Notes: generated by a model from the sequence alone, not told the origin. A DNA stretch of 64,000 nucleotides from the human T2T-CHM13v2.0 reference genome, Homo sapiens (GCF_009914755.1 NC_060943.1); one strand, 5' to 3'. Shown: positions 1 to 57,462, counted from the stretch's first letter. Program-made: numbers and translations.

Positions 1-530
1 TGTCTAGGTTTGCCACACTCTAGCTGTGTAGCACCAAGCAAAGAACTTAACTTCTCTAGCCTGTTTCCTTCTCTGGAAGAAAGGGGCTTCCAGGCCTTAA
101 CTCACGTACTCCCCATAACTAGACTGGGAATTATCTCCTTTGTACAGATGAGGAAACAGACACAGAGGTGATAAGTGAGTAGCCCAAGGTCACCATCTGG
201 TAAGTGGATGAACTAGGATTGGAAGCCAGACCTTTCATAAAATGATTTCTCAGCTCAAAAGGTTTTTCTGAAGATTCAGTAGGCTCACTGATAGAAATTG
301 CTGGTGTGTGGCTGGTATTCCATCAAGAGTGGCCATTACTACTCCCACCCCTGCCCCTCTATAAACTCCAGATGTTCCAGACCTCTCATCTCTCCCTGTG
401 CACACAAGGCCTTTTCACATCTGTGGGTCTTAGTACACCCACTGTTGCTGTCAAGAATGTCCTCCTCCTCCTTTTTTTTTTTTTTTTTGAGATGGAGTCT
501 CACTTTGTTGCCCAGGCTGGAGTACAGTAG

Positions 531-1106
<576 letters not shown>

Positions 1107-1527
1107 TAAAGAGAAAAGCTTCAGATTGAAACCTGGAGGTGGCTGGGGCAAAGGACCATTGGCATCATTGGCAGGGCAACTTCCTAAAGAAAGCACCTAA
1201 ATCTTGGCTTTTAAAGACAGATTTCATAATTGGCAGAGGAGAATTCTAATGATACCCTATTGCCTACAGGGCCCCATCTAATTTGGGAATTCTACTTTAT
1301 ACCAAGATAAGATTGCCAGATTTAGCAAATAAAAACAGAAGACATCCAATTAATTTTTTTGTTTGTTTTTGGGTTTTTGTTGCGGAGATGGTGTCTCACT
1401 ATGTTGCGAAGGCTGCTGTCAAATTCCTGGCTCAAACAATCCTCCTGCCTTGGCCTCCCACTTCCCAAAGTGCTGGGATTACAGGCATGAGCTACCACAC
1501 CTGGCCCTTATTTATTTATTTATTTAA

Positions 1528-1928
<401 letters not shown>

Positions 1929-2252
1929 TGATCCACCCGCCTCGGCCTCCCAAAGTGCTGGGATTACAGGCGTGAGCCACCGCGCCCAGCCTACTTATTT
2001 ATATTTTTTAAGAGACAGGGTCTCGCTCAGTTGCCCAGGCTGGAGTGCAGTAGGGTGATCTGTAGGAAAGGGGCTTCCAGGCCTTAACTCATGTACTCCC
2101 CCATAACCAGGTTGGGAGGTTAGCTCACTGTAACCTCAAACTCCTGTGCTCAAGGTACCCTACTAGCCCCTAGGAGAGCAGCTGGGACTACAGGTATGCG
2201 CCACCATGCCAGGCTTAATTTTTACTTTTTTTTTTTTTTTTTTTTTTTGTAG

Positions 2253-2363
<111 letters not shown>

Positions 2364-2979
2364 TAATATAGCTATGTTCCATGTGATATTTGGGACATAC
2401 TTTTCTAAAAGGTTGTATCTTTTGGATATAATTGTTTATCTGAAATTCAAATTTAACTAGACATTGTATATTTTATACGGCAACCACACACCTGGGACAA
2501 TCAAGACATTCCCTGAAGTTACCAGGAGACAATGCCCATCAGCCTACACTTTTCCAAGCCCACGTCACACAAGGCCCCTTCCAGAGTATTCCAGACGTCA
2601 GGTAGGGCCATCCCTTGGTTCACAAGTCCCACTCCTACCACGCCTATGGCAGCCAAACTGAAAGGCAAACACAGTGCTGGAGACCCCACAATGCCCTGGG
2701 CCTATAGCAGTCAATTCCCAAGATGCCCCGCGTGAACACAATAGGCACCCGTTCCAATGCTCGAGCAAAGAGACCAGGGCAAAACCTTCCACTACGGGAC
2801 AATAACGGCCAGTTCCCACAATTCGTTGTGGCAGTTCTTCCCAGGATGCCTTAGGCCTATAGCGACCACCTTCCCAGACTCCCCGTGTGGAAGCGCTCCA
2901 AGCCTCCAGGACGGTCAGCGGCAGGTGTGGGATAAAAGGAACCGGTCTCGACAAGGATCTGGGACACTCTTTCCCAGGA

Positions 2980-3800
2980 TGCACCAGGCCTACGACTAGC
3001 GGACCGACTCCCACAGCGCTTCAAGGCGGAGCGCTCGGTTCTCCCAGGATGCCCCAGGGCGGCACAAACGCGTAGGGGGAGAAAAAGAAGCCCTCGGGTC
3101 ACCACGGCCCCAGACCGCCGGCTCCCCGGTGACGGGAGTCGTCGCTCCCATCATGCAGCGGGGCCGTAGCGCCCGCTTCCCGGCATGCCTCGCGCACCCC
3201 TGCCCGGGACACTCACCGGCGCCGGCGGCCCCCGCTCCGGCTCTGCGGCGGCGGCTGCACGCCCAGCCTCTGCGCCTGCGTCGCAAGTAGGGTAGGACAG
3301 CGCGCAGGGGGCGTGAAGAGCCTAGGGCGCTTGCGCGGCGAGACGGACTAGTCCTGTAGCGCTGTGGGAAGAGGGGCTATGCGCGTCGGGCCGTCGACGA
3401 GACCCGCGCGGGGGGCGCCGTGCTTTGCCCCTCGCTGCCTGGGTTTACTTGGTACAGCCCGCGGCCCAAAGGAACAAGAAGCTGAAGGGTTCGCGCGTGC
3501 GTGTGCGGGGCAGGAACGCGCCTTACAAAACTGGGATGCGCTGGGGGTGGAGGGCGCTAGTTCGGACTGGATCCTGGGCCCGAGGCCTGCTTATTTGCAT
3601 AATCCTAGCGCGGGACAATGAAAGGCCTCCCGCACTGGAAGGAGTGATTTGCATATTCCCCGGAGGGGCCTTACTCCAGAGCGCAGTGATTAGCATATGG
3701 CGGGGGCAACCTGAGCAAAGCGCATGCGCGCAGGGACTGCAGACTGACGCGAAGTGGGTAGCCTTGTCTTCGTAGGGGATCAGTTTGCATCCTGAGAGAG
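2980..3800 (-). promoter_or_regulatory. ZNF428: CpG-island promoter of a minus-strand gene (probably ZNF428)
   Basis: CpG-dense stretch with NRF1 palindrome GCGCATGCGC at 3720-3729 and octamer motifs. Gene identity comes from known gene order next to the CADM4 3' end, not from coding sequence. Confidence 0.6.
3217..3290 (-). other. ZNF428: Probable non-coding first exon (5' end approximate)
   Basis: Minus-strand donor CCG|GTGAGT (actcac at 3211-3216) inside the CpG island. No coding exon of this gene is in the window. Confidence 0.5.
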
Positions 3801-5081
3801 GGCACGAGGGCCAGGACCCCTCCCAACCAGGATAAAGGTTTATTGATCTCCTAGGTGTCAGGCCCCATGCTGGCGGATTCTGTGGTTTCTGCAGTGAACC
3901 ATACTCCTGTACTCACGGCACCCCAGTCGAAGGAGATACGCACCTAATTAGACAACTACTACCCAGAAGGTCAGACCTGGAGTGAGGAACACAGGGGGCT
4001 GTGGGAGCCTAAGAGGCGCTTGCCCCGGCCTCTGGTTCTAGAAAGACTTCCAGGAGGTGGTGATCCTTAAGCCAAGTACGAATAGGAGCCAACTAGAATG
4101 GGAATGGGTCTGGCAGAATGAACTGCAAGCGCCAAGGCCCAGAGGCCAAAAAAAAAAAAAAAAAAATAGAAGCGCATGTTTTGATTGAGGAAGCAAGAGC
4201 AGCTTAGTATGCCTAGAACCTAACTGGAGACGGGAAATGGTTCTATAGACGATGTTAGAGTTCAACTATGGCTACATTCCAGTCTTCCTGTAAGTGACTT
4301 TGTCACATTCTGGCTTAAAACTCCCCCAAAGGGATCCCATTAGGAAAAAAAAAAAATCCAAAAATCTTTATCATGGCCTCAGGGCTATACACCTGGTCTG
4401 GCCGTGCTTATCTTTCTGACCCCACCTACTTCCTCCTCCCTCCATTTCTGTCCAGCTCCACCTTACCCCAAACTCTTTACCAGCTCGGGCCTCTGCTCTT
4501 GCCGTTCCCTCCGCCTGAAAATGCTTTTCCCTCTGACCTTTGAATACCTACTCTTGTGCTCACCATTCATATCTTGGTACAGATGTCAATCTGAGAGGCT
4601 TTTCCTGATCTCTCCATAATAGCACTTACACATTTGACTGGAGTTATGGATAAATCGGGATTGGCCATGAGTTGGTGGTGGTTGTAACTGGCATGAAGAG
4701 TACATGGGGCTGGGCGCGGTGGCTCACGCCCGTAATCCCAGCACTTTGGGAGGCCGAGGCTGGTGTATCACCTGAGGTCAGGAGCTTGAGACCAGCCTGG
4801 GCAACATGGTGAAACCCTGCCTCTATTAAAACTACAAAAATTAGCCAGGGGTTATGGGGGGTGCCTGTAATCCTTGCTACTTGGGAGGCTGAGGCACGAA
4901 GATCACTTGAACCCTGGAGGCAGAGGTTGCATTGAGTCGAGATTGAGCCACTGCACTCCAGCCTGGGCCACCCAGCGAGACTCTGGGTCTCGCCTGTAAT
5001 CCCAGCACTTTGGGAGGCCGAGGCGGGCGGATCACGTCAGAAGATCGAGACCATCCTGGCCATCCTAGACCATTTCTACTA

Positions 5082-5354
<273 letters not shown>

Positions 5355-6041
5355 TTATATTAATAGTTCTTATCACAATCTGAACTTTCTTTGCTTCCTT
5401 GTTTTGAGTGTTTTCCTCATGAAAGCTTCATGAGGGTAAGAATGGAGTCGCCCTTTTTCACTTTGGGTTCTCAATGCTTAGAGCAGGATCAGATTTCAGA
5501 TTAGTGTAGCGCTGTCTTTAACACTTAACATTTGCCTGTTTTATTCACCATGGACTCTAGAACTTTGAGCAGCACCTGGCACATCGTAAGAGGTTATTTT
5601 TTAAAGTTAGAATAATACATCTAAAATGTACATGAATGAATGAGAGGCCTGGGATGCCAGACTAAAGAGCTTTGACTTGGTCTAAAGGTGATGGGGAGCT
5701 AGGCAAAGGTTTTGAGAGTTTAACTTTAATTCAAAGTTCCCTTGGAGACTAATGTCTGGGGTAGGGGGAAGCCAGGGTAAGGGTCCGGGCCATGGAATGG
5801 GGTAGCTCAGTCGCTATCAAAAAGACAAGACTGTGACTATTTGGCTGAAGAAATGGCCAAACCCAGGTTTCTGGGGAGGTCGAGGTACCCTCAGTGAGGT
5901 CAGGACCTTCTCCTGGCCTATACTGTCCACCAGCAACCATCACACTCCTCCCTCCCCTCTCCCTTAGTTCCCCTCCCAATGGTACAGCCCTTGACAGCAG
6001 GACAGACACACAGCCACCCCAAACACTTGTTCTCTCCTCAG

Positions 6042-6047
6042 TTTAAT
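6042..6047 (-). terminator. CADM4: CADM4 poly(A) signal ATTAAA (3'UTR about 6020-6988)
   Basis: tttaat on the plus strand, about 950 nt after the stop codon, followed downstream by GT-rich sequence on the minus strand. Confidence 0.7.
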
Positions 6048-6988
6048 GGTGGTTAGTGAGATTGCCAAACCCCCTCCCCATTCCCCTCCCCACCCCGTAC
6101 AAAATGTGTGTGTGGTTTTTTGTTTTTTGTTTTTTGTTTTTTAACAAGAAAAAGGGGGCAAAAGCCAGGAATGGGGAGAGGGGGGTGCAATCTGATATTT
6201 TCATACAGACTTTTGATTTTTTAATATATTATATATAAAACCATGAAGACCACGAATCCTCCCCAAACTCCTTTCCCCCTCCCCGGGGGGCCTGGAGGAG
6301 AGATGGGGAAGGCCCCCCCAGGAGTGGGTGGACAGAGAGACAAATATGGATGGGACAGACGTTGGGGGAGAAGGTAGAGAGAAGGGGAGCCCAGGAACCT
6401 GGGGAAGGGGGATTGGAGAAAAGGGTTGGGGCTGTCTCCCTCACTGCCCCCATCAAAGTTATGACACAAAGACACAGAATCCCTATTTCCACGCCCTCCC
6501 CCCACCCATCCCCCCACCGTGCAAACATGGCTTTGCAAAGAAGTGCCCAGAGCTCTGTGGAACTCTTACAATGGCTGGCATGGGGTCTAGGACCCCCAAA
6601 GAAATCTGTGTTCCCCTTCCCTGCCCCCCCCACCCTTCCCAGAAACTGACCCCCTCCCCACAAGACCTGGTTTTGTAGCCTAGGGGCCCTGGCCTTCCCC
6701 CAGTTATCTTCCCCCAACCCAATCCCTACTGCCCTCACTGGACTTGGGGGGTCTGGACCTTTGGCCCCTGCCCCCTGGGGGACCCAGACCTCTGGGCCCT
6801 CACTTCTGGCCCTTACAGAGATCCAGGCATCCAACACCCCCATCCCTGCCCAAGCGTCTGAGGTGTTAGTGGTGGGGGGAGAAGCCCACCATCCCAGACT
6901 CTGGTAAATGTCTTTGCTGGTTCCTTGCAGCTGGCAGTGGGGGGGACCCCAGCCCAGGCCCAGGCCTAGGCCTGGGGTGGGGATAGGG

Positions 6989-23449
<16,461 letters not shown>

Positions 23450-24415
23450 GGTGCCGCCGCCGCCGCCGCCGCCGCTCGCTCCCGGCCCGGCACCTGCACC
23501 GCCCGCGCCGCCCGCCCCGCCCCCCGCGCCCCGCCCCCTGCCCGCCCGGGGGCGGGGCGCCGAGGCCGGGGCGGGGCCGGGGAGGGGAGGGGGAGACGGA
23601 GGAGAGGCCCGGAGACAATCGGGGGGACGGCACGGTGGGGGAACGGTGCGGGGTGCGAAAGCTGGAGAGGAGAGGGGTGAGGAGGGCGGGAAGGGGTGCG
23701 CGGGAGGGCGACAGCGGCGTGGGAGCAGGTGGGGGATCTCGGTGAGCGCGGGAAATGGAGGGTGTTGGGTGAGGGTGCTGCGTGCGGGCCCAGGTGCTGC
23801 GCGCGAGGGTGCGGAGTTGCTGGCATGCAGGGTGCTTGCGCTGCGCGGAGGGGAGGGTGGCAGGGTGTTGCTGGAGGCTGTGCGAGGGTGGGGGCGCGGG
23901 CGTCGTGGGGTGCGGTGTGTGCGAAGGGAGAGCGTGGCCAGCGTGACGGGGGAGCGTAAGGGAGGGAGTGCGACGTGGGAAAGGTGAGTGTGAGAGGCGT
24001 GCTGCGGGCAGGTGGGTGTCTGGAGTCTAGCGAGAGGCTGTGAGCTGAGCCACCGGGACAGGGGAGGCTGCAGCTGGAGGTCCGGAGGGTCCGGAGGTCG
24101 AGGCAGGTCAAGGATCTCCCAGGGCAGGGCGAGGCTGGGGCTCAGGAGTGGGGTGGGGTCAGTTCCCTCCCTCCCTCTCTCCTGTCCTGACCTGAAAACC
24201 CCGTGTTTCCGCGTCATTCTCCGGGAGGGGCCCCCTGAAAGTGAACTAACTGGAAGGAAGCCTGAATCCTGGGTCCCAGGAGGGAGAGGCTCCTGTGAAC
24301 ACCTTCCAAGCCCTGGCGTCCCCTCTCCTCCCTGCTGTCTCCCTGCCCCAGCCTCTCTCCCTCTCTCTGCATGTATTTGCCTCTGCCCTTCCTCTCTCCC
24401 CATCTTTGAGGGTGA

Positions 24416-24787
<372 letters not shown>

Positions 24788-24999
24788 TAGCTAATTTTTA
24801 TATTTTTAGTAGAGACGGAGTTTTGCCATGCTGGCCAGGCTGGTCTTGAACTCCTTACCTCAGGTGATCCATCTGTCTGGCCTCCCAAAGTGCTGGATTA
24901 CAGGCGTGAGCCACCATGCCTGGCTGAAAATCCTTACTTTTTATTCCGACTAAAAAATTTTACATCCAGTCCCACAAGGGACTTCAGCTTCACACACCC

Positions 25000-25370
25000 T
25001 TTCTGTCCTCAGTACCCAGCTCCCAGTATCCTTTCTGACCTCAAAACCATAGCTACCATCAACCCTTGTGTCCCAGGACCATGGCTCCCAGTGTCTTCTC
25101 TGTCCTCAGGGTCCAAGCTCCCATCAACTCCTGTGTCCTCAGGACCACGGCTCCCAGCATCCTCTCTGTCCTTCAGGTCCAAGCTCCCATCAACCCCTGT
25201 GAAGCAGGACCATGGCTCCCAGCATCCTCTCTGTCCTCAGGGTCCAAGCTCCTATCAACTCCTGTGTCCCCAGGACGATGGCTCCAGCAATCCTCTCTGT
25301 CCTGAGAGCCCAAGCTTCTAACTGCCCCTGTGTCCCCAGATCCATAGCCCTGAGCAACTTCCTTCTTTTT
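25000..25370. repeat. 66-bp tandem repeat (two ~33-bp halves), about 4.5 copies
   Basis: caggac anchors at 25074, 25140, 25205 and 25271. Confidence 0.85.
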
Positions 25371-25633
25371 CAGTCCTCAGCTTCCCAGCTTCTGTAGACT
25401 TGGGAAGAGATAGTCTCTAATCCTCTTTCCAGGGCTCACATTCTGTGACTTTTGCTAGATGGGAGAGGAATGTTTGATCTGCCTTTGGAATACTGGTCCA
25501 AGGGGTAACTAGTAGTTGCCTTTTCCCGCAGGAGCCAATAGGCCCGCTCACTCTGTGCTCTGACAGATGTCTCCTGCTCCAGCTGAAGGGGAACCTTGGG
25601 AGATGTTGGTTTGGTTCTCACCTGTCATCCTTA

Positions 25634-26047
<414 letters not shown>

Positions 26048-26464
26048 TCAGGGTACCCTGTCCATTAGGGATTTAGTGCAAGTGACAGCAAGTGCAACCC
26101 AACTGGTTTGAGAGAAAGAGAACTGGTTCACACATAACAAAAAGTCCTTCTATGGCTGGCTTTGGCGAGGTCTGTCAATCTCTGTCCTAAGGATGCATGG
26201 CTCCCCTCCTGTAGCAAGATGGCTGGCAGATACCCCTGGGGCCAGATTCATATTTGGGGTGATTAAGATTCTGCAAGAGAGAGACAACCTTTATTTCACA
26301 CAGCTTTTCAATTGTTGCCTGTCCCTGGTGAGACTCGGAGACCTAGCTCTTGCCTGGTTTCTAAACTTTCAATAACACCGTTTTTGCTTAAGTCAGCACA
26401 AACAGATTTTATTTCTTGCAAGCAAAGATTCCTGAACAACAACTTCAGAGCCGTTAACAATGAG

Positions 26465-26806
26465 GTCCTGATCACAAGCTATGGTATAGGACGTGAGAAA
26501 TTTGTCCCTAGCCTCAATATCTGCTGGAGGGCATCATGGAATAAGTATTTCTATCCTCTGATCCCCACTGTAGGGCATCATGGGATATATAATCCTAACC
26601 TTCAATCTCTGCCATAGAGTTTCATAGGCAATGCAGTCCTAGCCTCAATATGTTGTAGGGAATTATGGGAAAGGTGAAATTATCCTCAATTATAATACAG
26701 AGCATCTCAGAAAATGTCGTTTTAGCCTCATCTCTGCTGTAGGGCATCATGGGAGATATACTTCTGGCCCAATTTTTGTTGTAAGTTGCCATAGAAGATG
26801 CAGTCT
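26465..26806. repeat. Degenerate 43-bp tandem array, 7-8 copies, ZNF143/Staf-site-like consensus
   Basis: Unit starts at 26509, 26552, 26596, 26640, 26681, 26723 and 26765. Confidence 0.75.
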
Positions 26807-27332
26807 TTCCTTCCTTCCCTTTTTTCTTTTCTTTCTTTCTTTCTTTTTTTTTTTTTTTATTATGTAGAGACAGGGTCTCTCGCTATGTTGCCCAGGCTGG
26901 TCCTGAACTCCTGGGCTCAAGCAGTTCTCCTGCCTTGGCCTCCCAAAGTGCTGGGATTACAGGCAAGAGCCATTGCACCCAGTCCCTTCTCTCCTTTCTT
27001 TCTTCATCACCTGCCATATTCCAGGCACTAGGAATAAATCATCAAGTAAATAAACGGCCTTACCCTCCCTGGCAATTATAATGGGGAAAGTTAGCTAAAA
27101 ACAAACAAAAATTACTGTTCCATTTAACCATCGCTGAATAACAAAATACCCCAGAACGTAGTGGTGTGAAACAACAACCTTTTAATTTTATGATTCTGTG
27201 AGTCAGGAATTGGAGCAGGATTGGTGTGTATCTGCTTCATGATGAACTGGAGCCAAAAATGAACTAGCTGGAACAGCTGGAGATGGAGGGGAGGGGCATC
27301 AAGGGCCATATATCTAAGGCTGGTGGTTGGTG

Positions 27333-29990
<2,658 letters not shown>

Positions 29991-30118
29991 CAAGTTTCCT
30001 GTTTCTTCTCTATATCACATCTGCTGGGGCTACATGTCCAAGGTGGCTTCTTCACCCACTTGTCTGGTGCCTGGGCTGAGATGGCTGAAACATCTGGGGC
30101 TCTATCTCCACATGGCAT

Positions 30119-30210
30119 TTATACATGAGTAGCTTGGGCTTCCTCACAGCATGGTGGTCTCAGGGCAGTAGTACTTTTACATGGCAACCAGCTTCCCCAG
30201 AGTGAGCGTT
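30119..30210 (-). CDS. PLAUR: PLAUR alternative terminal exon 7b (GPI-less isoform, 281 aa)
   Basis: Acceptor ttag|AA, phase 1; ERSLWGSWLPCKSTTALRPPCCEEAQATHV then TAA; 754+92 = 846 nt; matches the known uPAR isoform-2 C-terminus. Confidence 0.9.
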
Positions 30211-30481
30211 CTAAGATTCAGAAAGTGAAAAATGAAAGTTTCTTAAAACTTGGTTCCAGAACATAGCACAGCAAAACTTCCACCACATTCTACTGGTCAA
30301 AGCAGTCACAGAGTCACTCATATTCAAGAGGCAGAAGTACAGACCTCACTTCTTTAAGCCACTACAGTGACAGGTGGTGATATGTCATTAGAGAAAGCCC
30401 TAAACAAGAACCTTGTCCCTCACCTGCCCCCAAATACCATGGAAGATGTCTTTTTTTTTTTTTTTTTTTTTTTGGGGATAG

Positions 30482-30778
<297 letters not shown>

Positions 30779-31164
30779 TGATGGGGAATGTAATTTTTGT
30801 CTCCATGGGTTGCCTTAGCAAATGATGAGAAGAACATGAATTTTTCAATATTGTGCTCCTAGAGTGCCATTGAAATGGTAGTTCTGTCTCTTTTTCTGAC
30901 AGTCCTGAGGCATCCCGGGAAATAGAGCCCAGCCTTTATCCCCGGTCCCCAGCACATCAGGGGAAGTGCACTCCTGTCCTTATTCCTCACTGCAGTGCAT
31001 GCAGGGAGTTCTGGCCATCAGGTTATCTTCTATCCGTCTCCTTTCCCAAAGCATGCTGGGAAATGTGGGGATGTCTCCTTAGAACAACAAAATAGTTGCA
31101 ACCTTTGAAGTTTAGGAGAAGACTAGAAGGTTAGTGTTCAGTGTGTGATCTGGAAGCTTGCATT

Positions 31165-32075
<911 letters not shown>

Positions 32076-32257
32076 GCATTTGGAGTCCAGAAATAGATGT
32101 GGAGGCAGCCCCCAGGAGGACTTCCAACCTAGGCAGGGGCCTCAAACATGACCCCTGATTCCAGGAGCCTGTGAAAAGGTGTCCCCCACCATTTATCCTC
32201 CCAAAGATAGACACTACAAAGAAGGGCATACCTGGCCTTGTCCACTGGTACAAAATC

Positions 32258-32263
32258 TTTATG
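32258..32263 (-). terminator. PLAUR: PLAUR non-canonical poly(A) signal CATAAA; AU-rich element UUAUUUAUU at 32273-32281
   Basis: No AATAAA in the 3'UTR; AU-rich block at 32258-32340; the uPAR mRNA ARE is established. Confidence 0.7.
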
Positions 32264-32551
32264 TAAGTATAAAATAAATAATATGAATATTAATTAATAA
32301 CAACAACACAACAGCGGCAACAATATTAATAATAACAAGAGCTCTCCCATTGGCCCACGGCCTTCCTCCAGCTTTTCTCTTCTGCTTCACACAACTTTGT
32401 GAGATAGCTGTTTTCATAGCTGGGAAAACTGAGGCCCAGAGAGGTCGGCACACTGGCCTGAGGTCACACAGCAAGTCTGTAGGGCTGGGAGCCGAGGGAA
32501 GGGCAAAGGGGTCCCCCGGATCCAGCCAGGGCAGAGAGGGGGATTTCAGGT

Positions 32552-54276
<21,725 letters not shown>

Positions 54277-54299
54277 GTCGCGAGGGCAGCTCCTGTGCG

Positions 54300-54600
54300 C
54301 GGGGTCCCTGCACGTCTTCTCTCCTTCTGGCCTCAGGAAGGAGGCAGTTTTGTGGCCCCAGGGACTCCTCCCAGACGTTTTGCGAAAGAGCGAGTCAGCC
54401 CCAGATGCGTGGGCGCCTCCCCCTCCTCCCGTACGAACCTCCTCCGCCACAAACTTCCCTTCCCGGGGCGCGGCCGGCTGGTGGTGAAGGGGCTGGCTCG
54501 GCCCTGACTCATGGAGTTGTGATCACAGCTCTGTCCCCAGATTGCCTGGGTGCAAATCCCAGTTCTCTCTCTTCCTAACGTGGGACCCGGGGCAATCGCT
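54300..54600 (-). promoter_or_regulatory. PLAUR: TATA-less PLAUR promoter: NF-kB-like site 54363-54372, proximal AP-1-like site 54391-54397, GC/GA boxes 54416-54430, ETS acttcc near 54453, distal AP-1 TGACTCA 54505-54511
   Basis: Motifs read directly; the layout agrees with the established uPAR promoter. Confidence 0.85.
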
Positions 54601-55493
54601 CTCCACTGCTGTAAAATGAGGATAAAAACTTTGACGGTAAATATGAATGTGGCTGATTATTTGGCTAACAGGATTTTTGTTAGTTTTGTCAGGAGGGATA
54701 CTGGTATTTTGGAAAATGTCCTTATCTAGAGATGCATCCTGAAATATGCATCTCTTAAACACTTAAAACACTTAACCCTTGCTTTGCTTCCCGCTGTGCC
54801 CCCAGCTCCTGGACCAGTGCCCAGCACGAAGTAGGTCCTTGGTAAATGTTAAAGGAATGTGTTGAGCCCTCCATTTTGGCCAGCAGCTATTCCAGGCATT
54901 GCACCTACATTAAAACACTTAATGGTGAAACCCCGTCTCTACTAAAAATACAAAAATTAGCCGGGCGTAGTGGCGTGTGTGTGTTACTTAGGAGGCTGAG
55001 GCAGGAGAATCGCTTGAACCCGGGAGGCGGAGGTTGGGTTGCAGTGAGCCGAGATCGTGCCACTGCACTCCAGCCTGGCAACAGAACAAGACTCCTTCTC
55101 ACAGAAAAAAAAAAAAAAAAAAAAAAAGACACTTCAGCCAAAAAAGTAGATATCACTGTTACGACAATGGCTGTATGCTTAGGTGGGATTCTGGTTTTTG
55201 TTTGTTTGTTTGTTTTTGCAGATGCTTACTAGAGTATTTAGTGGTGAATGTTATTGATGTCTGCATTTTTTGTTGTTGTTGTTTTGGGGATTTTTGTTTT
55301 GTTTTTTCTTTTTCTTTTGTTTTCATTTTGATGTCTGTATTTATTTTATAATATTTTAGAAGAGGTCAGATGAGGTGGCTCATGCCTGTAACACCAATGC
55401 TTTGGGAAGCCAAGGCAGGAGGATCACTTGGGGCCAGGAGTTCAAGATCAGCTTGGGAAACATAAAGAGCCCTCATCTTTCCAAAAGAAATTA

Positions 55494-55724
<231 letters not shown>

Positions 55725-55952
55725 TTATATAAAGGTAATCAGTATATAAGGGCATATTATGCCATTCTGTCTCCTTTTCTGTGGGTTTGAAAAGGCTTAT
55801 AATAAGTTTTTTCTTTCTTTTTATTATTTATTTATTTATTTATTGAGACGAAGTCTCACTCTGTCACCCAGGCTAGAGTGCAGTGGTGCAATCTCGGCCA
55901 CTGCAATCTCCGCCTCCTGGGTTCATGCAATTCTCCTGCCTCAGCCTCCTGA

Positions 55953-56141
<189 letters not shown>

Positions 56142-56785
56142 TAAGTAAAATAAAATACTAAAGATAAAATTGTCTCCCCGTCTTAGGATGCATCTAACTA
56201 AACAGAGCAATTTAATGTAGGTGCAATGCCTGGAATAGCTGCTGGCCGAAATGGAGGGCTCAACACATTCCTTTAACATCTACCAAGGACCTACTTTGTG
56301 CTGGGCACTGGTCCAGGAGCTAGGGGCACAGCAGGACGCAAAGCAAAGTTCCCACCTTTTGTTGTGTTGACAGTGGGGAGCAGATATGTGTTATCTAATC
56401 TTTCACTGTCTGAGAGGGATAAGCAAACTGGAGAAAACAAAGCAGGCTGAAGGAAGTATCTGGGTGCAAATGAGGTGTGAGCTGTTTTAGGTGGGTGATC
56501 CAGGAGGGGTTCCCTGAGCAAGTGGCATTCAAGCAGAGGCTGAATGCAGTGAGGGAAGAAGTAGGGCAGATGGGCAGGGAACCTTTCCAAGGAGCAGGAA
56601 CAACCAGTGCAAAGGCCTTGAGGTGGAAGCCTGATGAGATTCTAGGAACAGAAGAGATGTCAGTGTGGCTGGAACAGATTAGGAGAGGAAGAGAGTCGTA
56701 GGGGATGAGTAAGTGGTAGCTACTTCTACTGCTGTAATAATGATTATACTATGTGATTTGTTGTCGTTGTTGTTGTTGTTTTTGA

Positions 56786-57016
<231 letters not shown>

Positions 57017-57019
57017 TAG

Positions 57020-57462
<443 letters not shown>

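Noticed and set aside
3298-3316. CTCF-like CGCGCAGGGGGCG
   Set aside because: Partial match in a GC-rich island, not distinguishable from chance without ChIP data.
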